In this document: positions 1-12,600 of the stretch, one piece after another
Numbering within the stretch: the first letter of the stretch is position 1
Layout of the letters: each line of letters begins with the position of its first letter
Source: Macrostomum lignano
Taxonomy: Eukaryota
DNA length: 64,000 nucleotides
Direction: 5' to 3'
Assembly: GCA_002269645.1 (NCBI GenBank)
Contig: NIVC01000385.1
Span: 496,001 to 560,000 of the forward strand
Notes under the pieces: model-generated
What the model saw: the letters and a program-made list of their open reading frames with translations, nothing else
Database searches by the model: none
What the model was told of the DNA's origin: nothing
Program-made: the position numbers and the translations under genes

Positions 1-437
1 CCTCTCATATTGTGTGTAACTCTAGCAATTGCCCTCTGAGATTGTGTGTAACTCTAGCAATTGCCCTCTCAGATTGCCTGTAGTTCTAGCAATTGCCCTC
101 TCCGATTGTGTGTAGTTCTAGCAATTGCCCTCTCAGATTGCCTGTAGTTCTAGCAATTGCCCTCTCAGATTGCCTGTAGTTCTAGCAATTGCCCTCTCAG
201 ATTGCCTGTAGTTCTAGCAATTGCCCTCTCATATTGTGTGTAACTCTAGCAATTGCCCTCTGAGATTGTGTGTAACTCTAGCAATTGCCCTCTCAGATTG
301 CCTGTAGTTCTAGCAATTGCCCTCTCAGATTGCCTGTAGTTCTAGCAATTGCCCTCTCAGATTGCCTGTAGTTCTAGCAATTGCCCTCTCAGATTGCCTG
401 TAGTTCTAGCAATTGCCCTCTCAGATTGTGTGTAATT
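1..437 (+). repeat. 32-bp minisatellite (AGATTGCCTGTAGTTCTAGCAATTGCCCTCTC)
   Basis: Tandem units with period 32. Confidence 0.95.
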
Positions 438-496
438 ATCTTATATTAAAAATAGATAATCTAATGCAGGTGCTCCAATGCTTTTAATCCATCCAG

Positions 497-660
497 ATTC
501 CTCATATGCGTCATCAGCTGATCTGACATCCGGCCAGTCGGACCCCAGCTGGCACCGAGGCAGCATGGCTCAGCTGCATCAGTCAAATCGCAACTCGGCA
601 ATTTTAACTGGTCAAAATTATCAGCCGCAGCAGCAGCAAAGTGCTGGGGCTAAGATTAAG
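497..660 (+). CDS. RasGAP exon (first visible; phase 1 to 0)
   Basis: atccag|att acceptor, attaag|gtgagg donor; DSSYASS...GAKIK joins in frame to the next exon. Confidence 0.75.
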
Positions 661-3600
661 GTGAGGCTTTTAATTATTATAACTGACACCAGAGTAATAT
701 ATTATAGCACCTGATAGGTCAATAATAGGTCTAGGTCTATCGGTATTGTACCTCAGGTTGGTCATTGGCGTTCACTCAATCCTAACTATATATCTGTGCA
801 CCTTCAGTGAACCTCAGCCACCAACAATTGAATGAACATCAACCACCAACTCTTGAGTAAACCTCAACCACCAAAACTTGAGAGTGAACCTCAACCACCA
901 AAACTTGAGAGTGAACCTCAACCACCAACCCTTGAGTGAACCCCAACCACCAAAACTTGAGAGTGAACCTCAACCACCAAAACTTGAGAGTGAACCTCAA
1001 CCACCAACCCTTGAGTGAACCCCAACCACCAAAACTTGAGAGTGAACCTCAACCACCAAAACTTGAGAGTGAACCTCAACAATCAATCATTGAGTGAACC
1101 TCAACAATCAATCATTGAGTGAACCTCAACAATCAATCATTGAGTGAACCTCAGCCAACTATTAAGTGAACCTCAACTACCAAATCTTCAGTGAGCCTCA
1201 GCCACCAATCCTTCTGAGAATCTCAACCACCAACCTTTCAGTAAAGATCAACCACCAACCCTTGAGTGAACCTCAACCAACCCACAGTAAACCTCAACCA
1301 ACCCTTGAGTGAAGTTTAACCTCCAACCCAATCTTAAATAAAAAGAAGAGTATCAAATAGTTTATTGCAATATCAGATGTCAGCCAATCAGCATTGCTCT
1401 ATCGCCCATCATCTCGCAGAGTTTATTTCGCGGCATCAGCATCAAGCGTACTCGCAGCATTGCCAAATTGGACTCCCGCGCCAGCAGCAGCAGAGCCACC
1501 GGCAACAGGCCGCCAAGTAGAGAGAATCAATATTATCAATCGTCTGATAGTCACCATAGCAACACTAATAATTCTTCTTTGGCTAGCGGCAGTCAAGATC
1601 AGTCCGGCAGTTTGCAGTCGAGAGGCGCCGATGTCGCTGGCGGAGGTGTCTGGCACGATCGACAGGCCTCCGGTGGACTTCAGGGCCCGATGGCTAGGGT
1701 TGCTATGGATTCAGATGATGAGTACGTGTGAGACAATGTGCACAATGGGCTGTTTACAGAATGGTTGGGGTTGGTGGTTGAGGTTCACTGCGGGTTGATT
1801 GAGGTTCACTGAGGATTGGTGATTGAGGTTCACTTAAGGATTGGTGGTTGAGGTTCACTCAAGGGTTGGTTGAGGTTCACTCAAGGGTTGGTTGAAGTTG
1901 ACTGAGGGGTTGGTTGAGGTTGACTGAGGGGTTGGTTGAAGTTGACTGAGGGGTTGGTTGAAGTTGACTGAGGGGTTGGTTGAAGTTGACTGAGGGGTTG
2001 GTTGAAGTTGACTGAGGGGTTGGTTGAAGTTGACTGAGGGGTTGGTTGAGGTTCACTGAGGGGTTGGTTGAAGTTGACTGAGGGGTTGGTTGAGGTTCAC
2101 TGAGGGGTTGGTTGAGGTTCACTGAGGGGTTGGTTGAGGTTCACTGAGGGGTTGGTTGAAGTTCACTGAGGGGTTGGTTGAGGTTCACTGAAGGGTTGGT
2201 TGAGGTTCACTGAGGGGTTGGTTGAGGTTCACTGAGGGGTTGGTTGAGGTTCACTGAAGGGTTAATGGTTGAGGTTCACTGAAGGGTTGATGGTTGAGGT
2301 TCACTGAAGGGTTGATAGTTGAGGTTCACTGAAGGGTTGATGGTTGAGGTTCACTGAAGGGTTGATAGTTGAGGTTCACTGAGGGGTTGGTTGAGGTTCA
2401 CCGAAGGGTTGGTGGTTGAGGTTCACCGATGGGTTGGTGGTTGAGGTTCACTGAAGGGTTAATGGTTGAGGTTCACCGAAGGGTTAATGGTTGAAGTTCA
2501 CTGAAGGTGTGTCTGACACCAATAATAGCTAGCTAAACCTCCTACGCCTTTGCGCAGCCCTTCGGCAGCCATGAAGCGGTCAATCAGCATGGGCCGTCTT
2601 GGCCGCCAGCCGCCACCACCACAGCAGCAGCAGCAACAGCATCGCCAAGTGCCGGTAAATCCAAAACAGCGCGGTCAGGCCAGCAGCGGTTCAGGGCCTC
2701 TCAGTCTAGTTTCGAGCTGTGTACCTATCAACAGCAGCAGCAGTGGCCCAGGCGGTGGCGGTGGCGGCGTCAGCAGCTTTGAAGACGATGACATGAAACA
2801 GAAGGCCAATGCTGCCGCCGCTTCAGATCCTGCTAGCAGCGGGTGAGTTTTATCCCATCGCTTTGGGATTTTATTAGAGCAAGGGTTGGGGCAAACTCCG
2901 GCCCGGCCCTCGGGTCCTTTGAAACTTCACAATAGCAATCCGGCCCGTTCAAAGGTTTGTGTCTATTCTCAGCTCTCTTTTCTCCTCTTTCCCCTCTTCT
3001 CTCTTCTCTATTTTCATTTCTTATCTTATCTGTCTTCTTCTCATCTCTCATTTGGCCCTTGGAGTAGATAAGTTTGCCGGAGCCCTGCTCTAAAAGAGGG
3101 GAGATCAGAAGAGAGACATGAGCATTGATTGGGCCATATTACTATTGTGAAGTTTCAAAGGATCCTGAAAGTCGCATAGAGAGGCTTCGTGGGCCGGAGT
3201 TTGCCCATGCTGATATGTTAGGGCTTTGGCATCATAGCCTCCCTTTAAGCCCTTAGATGCTTGGCTTACCAATAACTCCTATTTGAGCATTGGCATCTCA
3301 GCAAATGTCATAATTATTATTTTATTAGTGAACGTCCAGAAGCTTTTAATAATTTTTGTAGGGCCAGGGTCATTCGAGGTCACAGTCAGTTAACGGAAAA
3401 CATTTCAATGGTTTATACACTGTAGTATTTCTTATCAATATAATCGAAAAAAATTTTGTAGCAATATGCGCATATTTTTTACTTTACTTGTAGTAGTCAA
3501 TATACGAGTATATACAAATTCCCATGCACCTTAGTTGGTAAATGAGAAAAGTTCAAACGGAATTAAATTTTTTTCTGGTCATTCAACTCTAGGAAAAAGG

Positions 3601-6600
3601 GAGAAAGGAATCCCGAATTTTGCTTCTACATCTGGCTATTTAGATTGTTTGGTGACCGTTCCAGCCTGACTCTAGGCCATGGGACAGCTGTGTGTGTGTG
3701 TGTGTGTGTTCCAATGTATTGTGTCCATTCACTGTCCAAACACATGTCTAATGCTTTTGCATAGCTTCACGAATTCAGTTCTGTAACAGTTGGTTCGGGT
3801 ATTTCTGATTATATTATTCTTGGGTATTTCTAACTCTGCGACTGGTTGAATAATCTCTGGGTCGGATCTGCCATTACATTAGTTTTTCTATTTTGTTATT
3901 TTATCTTTTGCCTTATAGGAAAATTAGGCTTTTGTCCTAATTATTTTTCGAGGATAAAATATCTCCACTTTCTAATAAATTAAGACGCTAAAAGTTCTCT
4001 GTTTGTGTTCGAGTAAAGCGGGTGCCGTTGCTTTGGTGTGCCAGCGGCCCAGGCTCGATTCCAAGTGCAGTCGCATTAATTTAGGGGCTAAATTGGAATC
4101 TCGGCTTGGCTCTGCTCGTGCAATTAACGCTCAGCTTGAGGACCAACCCCCAAGGCGCAGAGAAGTGTACATGCCTAACAATAAATAAAATTAGGGCCGC
4201 TGTACACTCCTGTGTGAGTGTGTGCCTGTGCGTATGACTGCGTACGTATCCGCGCGCTTGTGTGCCTGCTCAGGGGAGTCGGCGGAATGGGGACAGTAAT
4301 GCCTCTCGCCGGCTGTGTGACAATGTCGCTTAAAGTGCGCCAGGGTGCACACAGCCCCTGCCTCTAATCACAATATACTAAAGTGTGTTTTTTGAGTTTC
4401 GATTGTTTGGGAAAATTAAAAGACGAAATTCGGCCAGCAGCTATCGAGGAGGCACGCGCTCATACTGGGTGTACATTGGCCCTGACTATAGTCAGGCAGT
4501 GTTTGGTGTGTGGTTTGCAGGGAATCGAACCCTGGCAGTTCTTTGTTGTTATCAATAGTAATAGTAATTGATTACACCTGCCTAATGGGCAGATGTGCAA
4601 CCGACAGCTCAGCCGCAGCTATTGCGCAGCGCATCTGAAGGCTGCGTACGGCTGTTCAGTCCAAGGACTGGGGGGTCGCCACACACACCCTCAATTACCC
4701 CAGCTAATGCTGGCACCCATTTTACAGCTCGGGGTGAACTGAAGCACTGCAGAGTTAAGTGTCTTGCTCAAGGACACAAATTGTTTACAGTGGGTCGAGA
4801 ATCGAACCCCTGACCCTCCAACCAATGAACTACAACCCCCTTGTATAATTATTAATATTAAAAAACTTTCACCTCATTAGCGGATGCTTAATAATAATAA
4901 ATCCTTTATAAATAAAATCTCCCAAGACTAAATGCAGGGTAAACAGGTGTTGTTAGTCTTATTTGATTGATAGATTCTACCTATAACTCTCGGGTTTTGC
5001 GTAGATTTATATTTTCACGCGATCTACACTTTAATCGAAGTTTCGTACAACAATTTCCCTCAGTCCATCTGTCTTACTTTCCGGCAGAAATTTCCATTTT
5101 TATTCGCAGCAGCAGCCCACCGTTAGCCTATCGGGGTTTCGCATTCGGGACTGCTTTGCCTATGCCTACCCGCCCGCCCCCCTCCCTGCACCAGCAGACT
5201 GCATCCAAATACTAGCGCTGGCAAAAGCAAGTCGTATCTGTGTGCATATGCATTAATACACACACAACCGTTTATAAACTGCAGCGGTTATTAGAAATTT
5301 TATTACATATAACCACCAAGATTGAAGTAAGGCAATGCTGCTTTAACAACAGAACTGCAGGCAAATATTAATCAATTATGATTTATTTAAAAAAGCGACT
5401 AGGCGTTAAAGATAAACGCAGTTTGGCCGCACCTGCCAGGCCTCAGGTGCAGGTGTCATTATTTAGCAATCGATACCGATCGGAGACCGAACCAATCAAT
5501 CTGTCTGGGCTGGCTAAACCGCCAGCTCGGCCATCTAGCGTGTATTGTTCGGCTAGTTGCGGCAGTGAAGTCTCTAGCAAACCGGTCAGGCCGGTGTCCT
5601 GCATTCTCCTGCCCTCTCCGACCCTGTCGCATTATGATAATTATGAATTGAGTACTGCTGGATCAACTGCTACGGCTAGAAGTACTAATGACCGAATCGG
5701 TGCTGAATTCCTGCCTAACTGGTGAGCTGATGTGTCAGCATGGGTCTTGAGTAGGTGTGGGTAAAGTGGGGAGTGTCAGTGAATTAGGGAGTGTCAGTGA
5801 ATTGGAGAGTGTCAGTGAAGTTGGGAGTGTCAGTGAATTGGAGAGTGTCAGTGAATTGGAGAGTGTCAGTGAAGTTTGGAGTGTCAGTGAAGTGTGGAGT
5901 GTCAGTGAAGTGGGGAGTGTCAGTGAAGTTTGGAGTGTCAGTGAAGTGTGGAGTGTCAGTGAAGTGTGGAGTGTCAGTGAAGTGGAGAGTGTCAGTGAAG
6001 TGTGGAGTGTCAGTGAAGTGGAGAGTGTCAGTGAAGTGGAGAGTGTCAGTGAAGTGGAGAGTGTCAGCGAAGTGGAGAGTGTCAGTGAAGTGGAGAGTGT
6101 CAGTGAAGTGGGGAGTGTCAGCGAAGTGGAGAGTGTCAGCGAAGTGGAGAGTGTCAGTGAAGTGGAGAGTGTCAGCGAAGTGGAGAGTGTCAGCGAAGTG
6201 GAGAGTGTCAGTGAAGTGGAGAGTGTCAGTGAAGTGGAGAGTGTCAGCAAAGTGGAGAGTGTCAGCAAAGTGGGGAGTGTCAGTGAAGTGGAGAGTGTCA
6301 GTGAAGTTGGGAGTGTCAGTGAAGTGGGGAGTGTCAGTGAAGTGTGGAGTGTCAGTGAAGTGGAGAGTGTCAGCGAAGTGGAGAGTGTCAGTGAAGTGGG
6401 GAGTGTCAGTGAAGTGGGGAGTGTCAGTGAAGTGTGGAGTGTCAGCGAAGTGGAGAGTGTCAGCGAAGTGGAGAGTGTCAGTGAAGTGGAGAGTGTCAGT
6501 GAAGTGGAGAGTGTCAGTGAAGTGGAGAGTGTCAGCGAAGTGGGGAGTGTCAGTGAAGTTGGAAGTGTCAGTGAAGTGGGGAGTGTCAGTGAAGTTGGGA

Positions 6601-9600
6601 GTGTCAGTGAAGTGGGGAGTGTCAGTGAAGTGGGGAGTGTCAGTGAAGTTGGGAGTGTCAGTGAAGTTGGGAGTGTCAGTGAAGTTGGGAGTGTCAGTGA
6701 AGTTGGGAGTGTCAGTGGAGTAGGAAGTGTCAGTGAAGTGGGGAGTGTCAGTGAAGTTGGGAGTGTCAGTGAAGTGGGGAGTGTCAGTGAAGTGGGGAGT
6801 GTCAGTAAAGTGGGGAGTGTCAGTGAAGTTGGGAGTGTCAGTGAAGTTGAGAGTGTCAGTGAAGTTGGGAGTGTCAGTGAAGTGGGGAGTGTCAGTGAAG
6901 TTGGGAGTGTCAGTGAAGTTGGGAGTGTCAGTGGAGTTGGAAGTGTCAGTGAAGTTGGGAGTGTCAGTGAAGTGGGGAGTGTCAGTGGAGTTGGAAGTGT
7001 CAGTGAAGTTGGGAGTGTCAGTGAAGTTGGGAGTGTCAGTGGAGTTGGAAGTGTCAGTGAAGTTGGGAGTGTCAGTGAAGTGGGGAGTGTCAGTGAAGTG
7101 GGGAGTGTCAGTGAAGTTGGGAGTGTCTGTGAATTGGAGAGTGTCAGTGAAGTGGGGAGTGTCAGTGAAGAGTTTCAGTGAAGTCAAAGTTGGGAGTGTC
7201 AGTGAAGTGGGGAGTGTCAGTGAATTTGGGAGTGTCAGTGAAGTTGGGAGTGTCAGTGAAGTGGGGAGTGTCAGTGAAGTGTGGAGTGTCAGTGAAGTGG
7301 GGATTGTCAGTGAATTGGAGAGTGTCAGTGAAGTGGGGAGTGTCAGTGAAGTTGGGAGTGTCTGTGAATTGGAGAGTGTCAGTGAAGTGGGGAGTGTCAG
7401 TGAAGAGTTTCAGTGAAGTCAAAGTTGGGAGTGTCAGTGAAGTTGGGAGTGTCAGTGAAGTTGAGAGTGTCAGTGAAGTGGGGAGTGTCAGTGAAGAGTT
7501 TCAGTGAAGTCAAAGTTGGGAGTGTCAGTGAAGTTGGGAGTGTCAGTGAAGTTGAGAGTGTCAGTGAAGTGGGGAGTGTCAGTGAAGTTGGGAGTGTCAG
7601 TGGAGTTGGAAGTGTCAGTGAAGTTGGGAGTGTCAGTGAAGTTGGGAGTGTCTGTGAATTGGAGAGTGTCAGTGAAGTGGGGAGTGTCAGTGAAGAGTTT
7701 CAGTGAAGTCAAAGTTGGGAGTGTCAGTGAAATGGAGAGTGTCAGTGAATTTGGGAGTGTCAGTGAAGTTGGGAGTGTCAGTGAAGTGTGGAGTGTCAGT
7801 GAAGTGGAGAGTGTCAGTGAAGTGTGGAGTGTCAGTGAAGTGGAGAGTGTCAGCGAAGTGGAGAGTGTCAGTGAAGTGGAGAGTGTCAGTGAAGTGGAGA
7901 GTGTCAGCGAAGTGGAGAGTGTCAGTGAAGTGGAGAGTGTCAGTGAAGTGGGGAGTGTCAGCGAAGTGGAGAGTGTCAGCGAAGTGGAGAGTGTCAGTGA
8001 AGTGGAGAGTGTCAGCGAAGTGGAGAGTGTCAGCGAAGTGGAGAGTGTCAGTGAAGTGGAGAGTGTCAGTGAAGTGGAGAGTGTCAGTGAAGTGGAGAGT
8101 GTCAGCAAAGTGGAGAGTGTCAGCAAAGTGGGGAGTGTCAGTGAAGTGGGGAGTGTCAGTGAAGTTGGGAGTGTCAGTGAAGTGGGGAGTGTCAGTGAAG
8201 TGTGGAGTGTCAGTGAAGTGGAGAGTGTCAGCGAAGTGGAGAGTGTCAGTGAAGTGGGGAGTGTCAGTGAAGTGGGGAGTGTCAGTGAAGTGTGGAGTGT
8301 CAGCGAAGTGGAGAGTGTCAGCGAAGTGGAGAGTGTCAGTGAAGTGGAGAGTGTCAGTGAAGTGGAGAGTGTCAGTGAAGTGGAGAGTGTCAGCGAAGTG
8401 GGGAGTGTCAGTGAAGTTGGAAGTGTCAGTGAAGTGGGGAGTGTCAGTGAAGTTGGGAGTGTCAGTGAAGTGGGGAGTGTCAGTGAAGTGGGGAGTGTCA
8501 GTGAAGTTGGGAGTGTCAGTGAAGTTGGGAGTGTCAGTGAAGTTGGGAGTGTCAGTGAAGTTGGGAGTGTCAGTGGAGTAGGAAGTGTCAGTGAAGTGGG
8601 GAGTGTCAGTGAAGTTGGGAGTGTCAGTGAAGTGGGGAGTGTCAGTGAAGTGGGGAGTGTCAGTAAAGTGGGGAGTGTCAGTGAAGTTGGGAGTGTCAGT
8701 GAAGTTGAGAGTGTCAGTGAAGTTGGGAGTGTCAGTGAAGTGGGGAGTGTCAGTGAAGTTGGGAGTGTCAGTGAAGTTGGGAGTGTCAGTGGAGTTGGAA
8801 GTGTCAGTGAAGTTGGGAGTGTCAGTGAAGTGGGGAGTGTCAGTGGAGTTGGAAGTGTCAGTGAAGTTGGGAGTGTCAGTGAAGTTGGGAGTGTCAGTGG
8901 AGTTGGAAGTGTCAGTGAAGTTGGGAGTGTCAGTGAAGTGGGGAGTGTCAGTGAAGTGGGGAGTGTCAGTGAAGAGTTTCAGTGAAGTCAAAGTTGGGAG
9001 TGTCAGTGAAGTGGGGAGTGTCAGTGAATTTGGGAGTGTCAGTGAAGTTGGGAGTGTCAGTGAAGTGGGGAGTGTCAGTGAAGTGTGGAGTGTCAGTGAA
9101 GTGGGGATTGTCAGTGAATTGGAGAGTGTCAGTGAAGTGGGGAGTGTCAGTGAAGTTGGGAGTGTCTGTGAATTGGAGAGTGTCAGTGAAGTGGGGAGTG
9201 TCAGTGAAGAGTTTCAGTGAAGTCAAAGTTGGGAGTGTCAGTGAAGTTGGGAGTGTCAGTGAAGTTGAGAGTGTCAGTGAAGTGGGGAGTGTCAGTGAAG
9301 AGTTTCAGTGAAGTCAAAGTTGGGAGTGTCAGTGAAGTTGGGAGTGTCAGTGAAGTTGAGAGTGTCAGTGAAGTGGGGAGTGTCAGTGAAGTTGGGAGTG
9401 TCAGTGGAGTTGGAAGTGTCAGTGAAGTTGGGAGTGTCAGTGAAGTTGGGAGTGTCTGTGAATTGGAGAGTGTCAGTGAAGTGGGGAGTGTCAGTGAAGA
9501 GTTTCAGTGAAGTCAAAGTTGGGAGTGTCAGTGAAATGGAGAGTGTCAGTGAATTTGGGAGTGTCAGTGAAGTTGGGAGTGTCAGTGAAGTGTGGAGTGT

Positions 9601-12600
9601 CAGTGAAGTGGAGAGTGTCAGTGAAGTGTGGAGTGTCAGTGAAGTGGAGAGTGTCAGCGAAGTGGAGAGTGTCAGTGAAGTGGAGAGTGTCAGTGAAGTG
9701 GAGAGTGTCAGCGAAGTGGAGAGTGTCAGTGAAGTGGAGAGTGTCAGTGAAGTGGGGAGTGTCAGCGAAGTGGAGAGTGTCAGCGAAGTGGAGAGTGTCA
9801 GTGAAGTGGAGAGTGTCAGCGAAGTGGAGAGTGTCAGCGAAGTGGAGAGTGTCAGTGAAGTGGAGAGTGTCAGTGAAGTGGAGAGTGTCAGTGAAGTGGA
9901 GAGTGTCAGCAAAGTGGAGAGTGTCAGCAAAGTGGGGAGTGTCAGTGAAGTGGGGAGTGTCAGTGAAGTTGGGAGTGTCAGTGAAGTGGGGAGTGTCAGT
10001 GAAGTGTGGAGTGTCAGTGAAGTGGAGAGTGTCAGCGAAGTGGAGAGTGTCAGTGAAGTGGGGAGTGTCAGTGAAGTGGGGAGTGTCAGTGAAGTGTGGA
10101 GTGTCAGCGAAGTGGAGAGTGTCAGCGAAGTGGAGAGTGTCAGTGAAGTGGAGAGTGTCAGTGAAGTGGAGAGTGTCAGTGAAGTGGAGAGTGTCAGCGA
10201 AGTGGGGAGTGTCAGTGAAGTTGGAAGTGTCAGTGAAGTGGGGAGTGTCAGTGAAGTTGGGAGTGTCAGTGAAGTGGGGAGTGTCAGTGAAGTGGGGAGT
10301 GTCAGTGAAGTTGGGAGTGTCAGTGAAGTTGGGAGTGTCAGTGAAGTTGGGAGTGTCAGTGAAGTTGGGAGTGTCAGTGGAGTAGGAAGTGTCAGTGAAG
10401 TGGGGAGTGTCAGTGAAGTTGGGAGTGTCAGTGAAGTGGGGAGTGTCAGTGAAGTGGGGAGTGTCAGTAAAGTGGGGAGTGTCAGTGAAGTTGGGAGTGT
10501 CAGTGAAGTTGAGAGTGTCAGTGAAGTTGGGAGTGTCAGTGAAGTGGGGAGTGTCAGTGAAGTTGGGAGTGTCAGTGAAGTTGGGAGTGTCAGTGGAGTT
10601 GGAAGTGTCAGTGAAGTTGGGAGTGTCAGTGAAGTGGGGAGTGTCAGTGGAGTTGGAAGTGTCAGTGAAGTTGGGAGTGTCAGTGAAGTTGGGAGTGTCA
10701 GTGGAGTTGGAAGTGTCAGTGAAGTTGGGAGTGTCAGTGAAGTGGGGAGTGTCAGTGAAGTGGGGAGTGTCAGTGAAGTTGGGAGTGTCTGTGAATTGGA
10801 GAGTGTCAGTGAAGTGGGGAGTGTCAGTGAAGAGTTTCAGTGAAGTCAAAGTTGGGAGTGTCAGTGAAGTGGGGAGTGTCAGTGAATTTGGGAGTGTCAG
10901 TGAAGTTGGGAGTGTCAGTGAAGTGGGGAGTGTCAGTGAAGTGTGGAGTGTCAGTGAAGTGGGGATTGTCAGTGAATTGGAGAGTGTCAGTGAAGTGGGG
11001 AGTGTCAGTGAAGTTGGGAGTGTCTGTGAATTGGAGAGTGTCAGTGAAGTGGGGAGTGTCAGTGAAGAGTTTCAGTGAAGTCAAAGTTGGGAGTGTCAGT
11101 GAAGTTGGGAGTGTCAGTGAAGTTGAGAGTGTCAGTGAAGTGGGGAGTGTCAGTGAAGAGTTTCAGTGAAGTCAAAGTTGGGAGTGTCAGTGAAGTTGGG
11201 AGTGTCAGTGAAGTTGAGAGTGTCAGTGAAGTGGGGAGTGTCAGTGAAGTTGGGAGTGTCAGTGGAGTTGGAAGTGTCAGTGAAGTTGGGAGTGTCAGTG
11301 AAGTGGGGAGTGTCAGTGAAGTTGGGAGTGTCAGTGGAGTTGGAAGTGTCAGTGAAGTTGAGAGTGTCAGTGAAGTGGGGATTGTCAGTGAATTGGAGAG
11401 TGTCAGTGAAGTAGACAATTATAGACAATTATAATTGAATATAGTTATAAAAATCACAATCACGTGTTATACAGTGACAATTAAAATTTTTAGTAAACGT
11501 TTTGAAAGCACAACAGTTTCAATGTGTGTTTAGATTTTAGGACGCTGGTGCAAACGATTTTCACATAGAGAATTTGCTTTGTTTTGTTGATGATGAGGTT
11601 TTAGCCACTATAATTTTAAGGTGTGGCAGAGAATACTACCTACACTTTATGCTATGTTTATATCTGCTGTGGTTAAACCTGCCGTTTTATCAGGTACACT
11701 TATCAAATTATGGAAAGGTTTCAATTTTCAATTTATAGCCTATAGTTGTTAATTTGAAAATGCTTGACATTGTGAAGACTGTGCTTGTGTTGCATGTGTT
11801 AGCCTACACAGGACAGACTTTACAGGAAACGAGTCTAGTTCTACTAAGCTATATACTGCGGTATATAAAAATTTTAGCTATTCAAAAACGCGTGACTCAC
11901 CTTCTGACATGTGTGCGAAATCAAGTGCGGACCAACCGCGTCAAAGGCGCGGACAGAGAGAGAGCCTTACTCTCTCACTCTCTTACCCGTTTCTTACCGC
12001 TGAACTTGTTCATGACTATTATTTAAGTCAAGTGTGTTGAGCTGACTTATTTTTTATTTAAAATGATCAAATTATTTTGTCATAGTTTGCTACTAAAAGA
12101 AACAAAAAGAAAACTATGGACGACGTATTGTCAATGCTAGGCAAGTTGACCAGATTAGCGGAAGAATCGCGTCGGAGAAAATGCCAATCACAATCGGTGT
12201 TCTACTTTAGTTTGGTGTAAGTTTCGGCTTTGCGAGCTCGTATCCTTATAGCTGTTGCCTTATGGGATTCTGGATCTATATATCCACCTACCTGTTCAGT
12301 AGTAGCTGGTCACTGAGTAGTCACTGAAGCTGAACCTAGCTGTCTGAATAGTAGTCACTGAGGCTGAACCTACCTGTCTGAATAGTAGTCACTGAGGCTG
12401 AACCTACCTGTCTGAATAGTAGGCACTGAGGCTGAACCTACCTGTCTGAATAGTAGTCACTGAAGCGGAACCTACCTGTCTGAATAGTAGGCACTGAAGC
12501 TGAACCTACCTGTCTGAATAGTAGGCACTGAAGCGGAACCTACCTGTCTGAATAGTAGGCACTGAAGCTGAACCTACCTGTCTGAATAGTAGGCACTGAA

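Noticed and set aside
799-2509. Classical foldback transposon explanation for the first inverted pair
   Set aside because: No TSD is visible and the enclosed exon is an ancestral part of the host gene.
4481-4496. Perfect 16-bp palindrome CCTGACTATAGTCAGG and an adjacent lone B-box hairpin
   Set aside because: Isolated and probably decayed repeat ends; no function can be supported.
5735-11434. Long ORFs (up to 511 aa; VGSVSE, FTDTPH, LSTSLT repeats)
   Set aside because: By-products of an 18-bp stop-poor unit, open in several frames on both strands. They lie in an intron, and the upstream exon frame hits TGA immediately after the donor.
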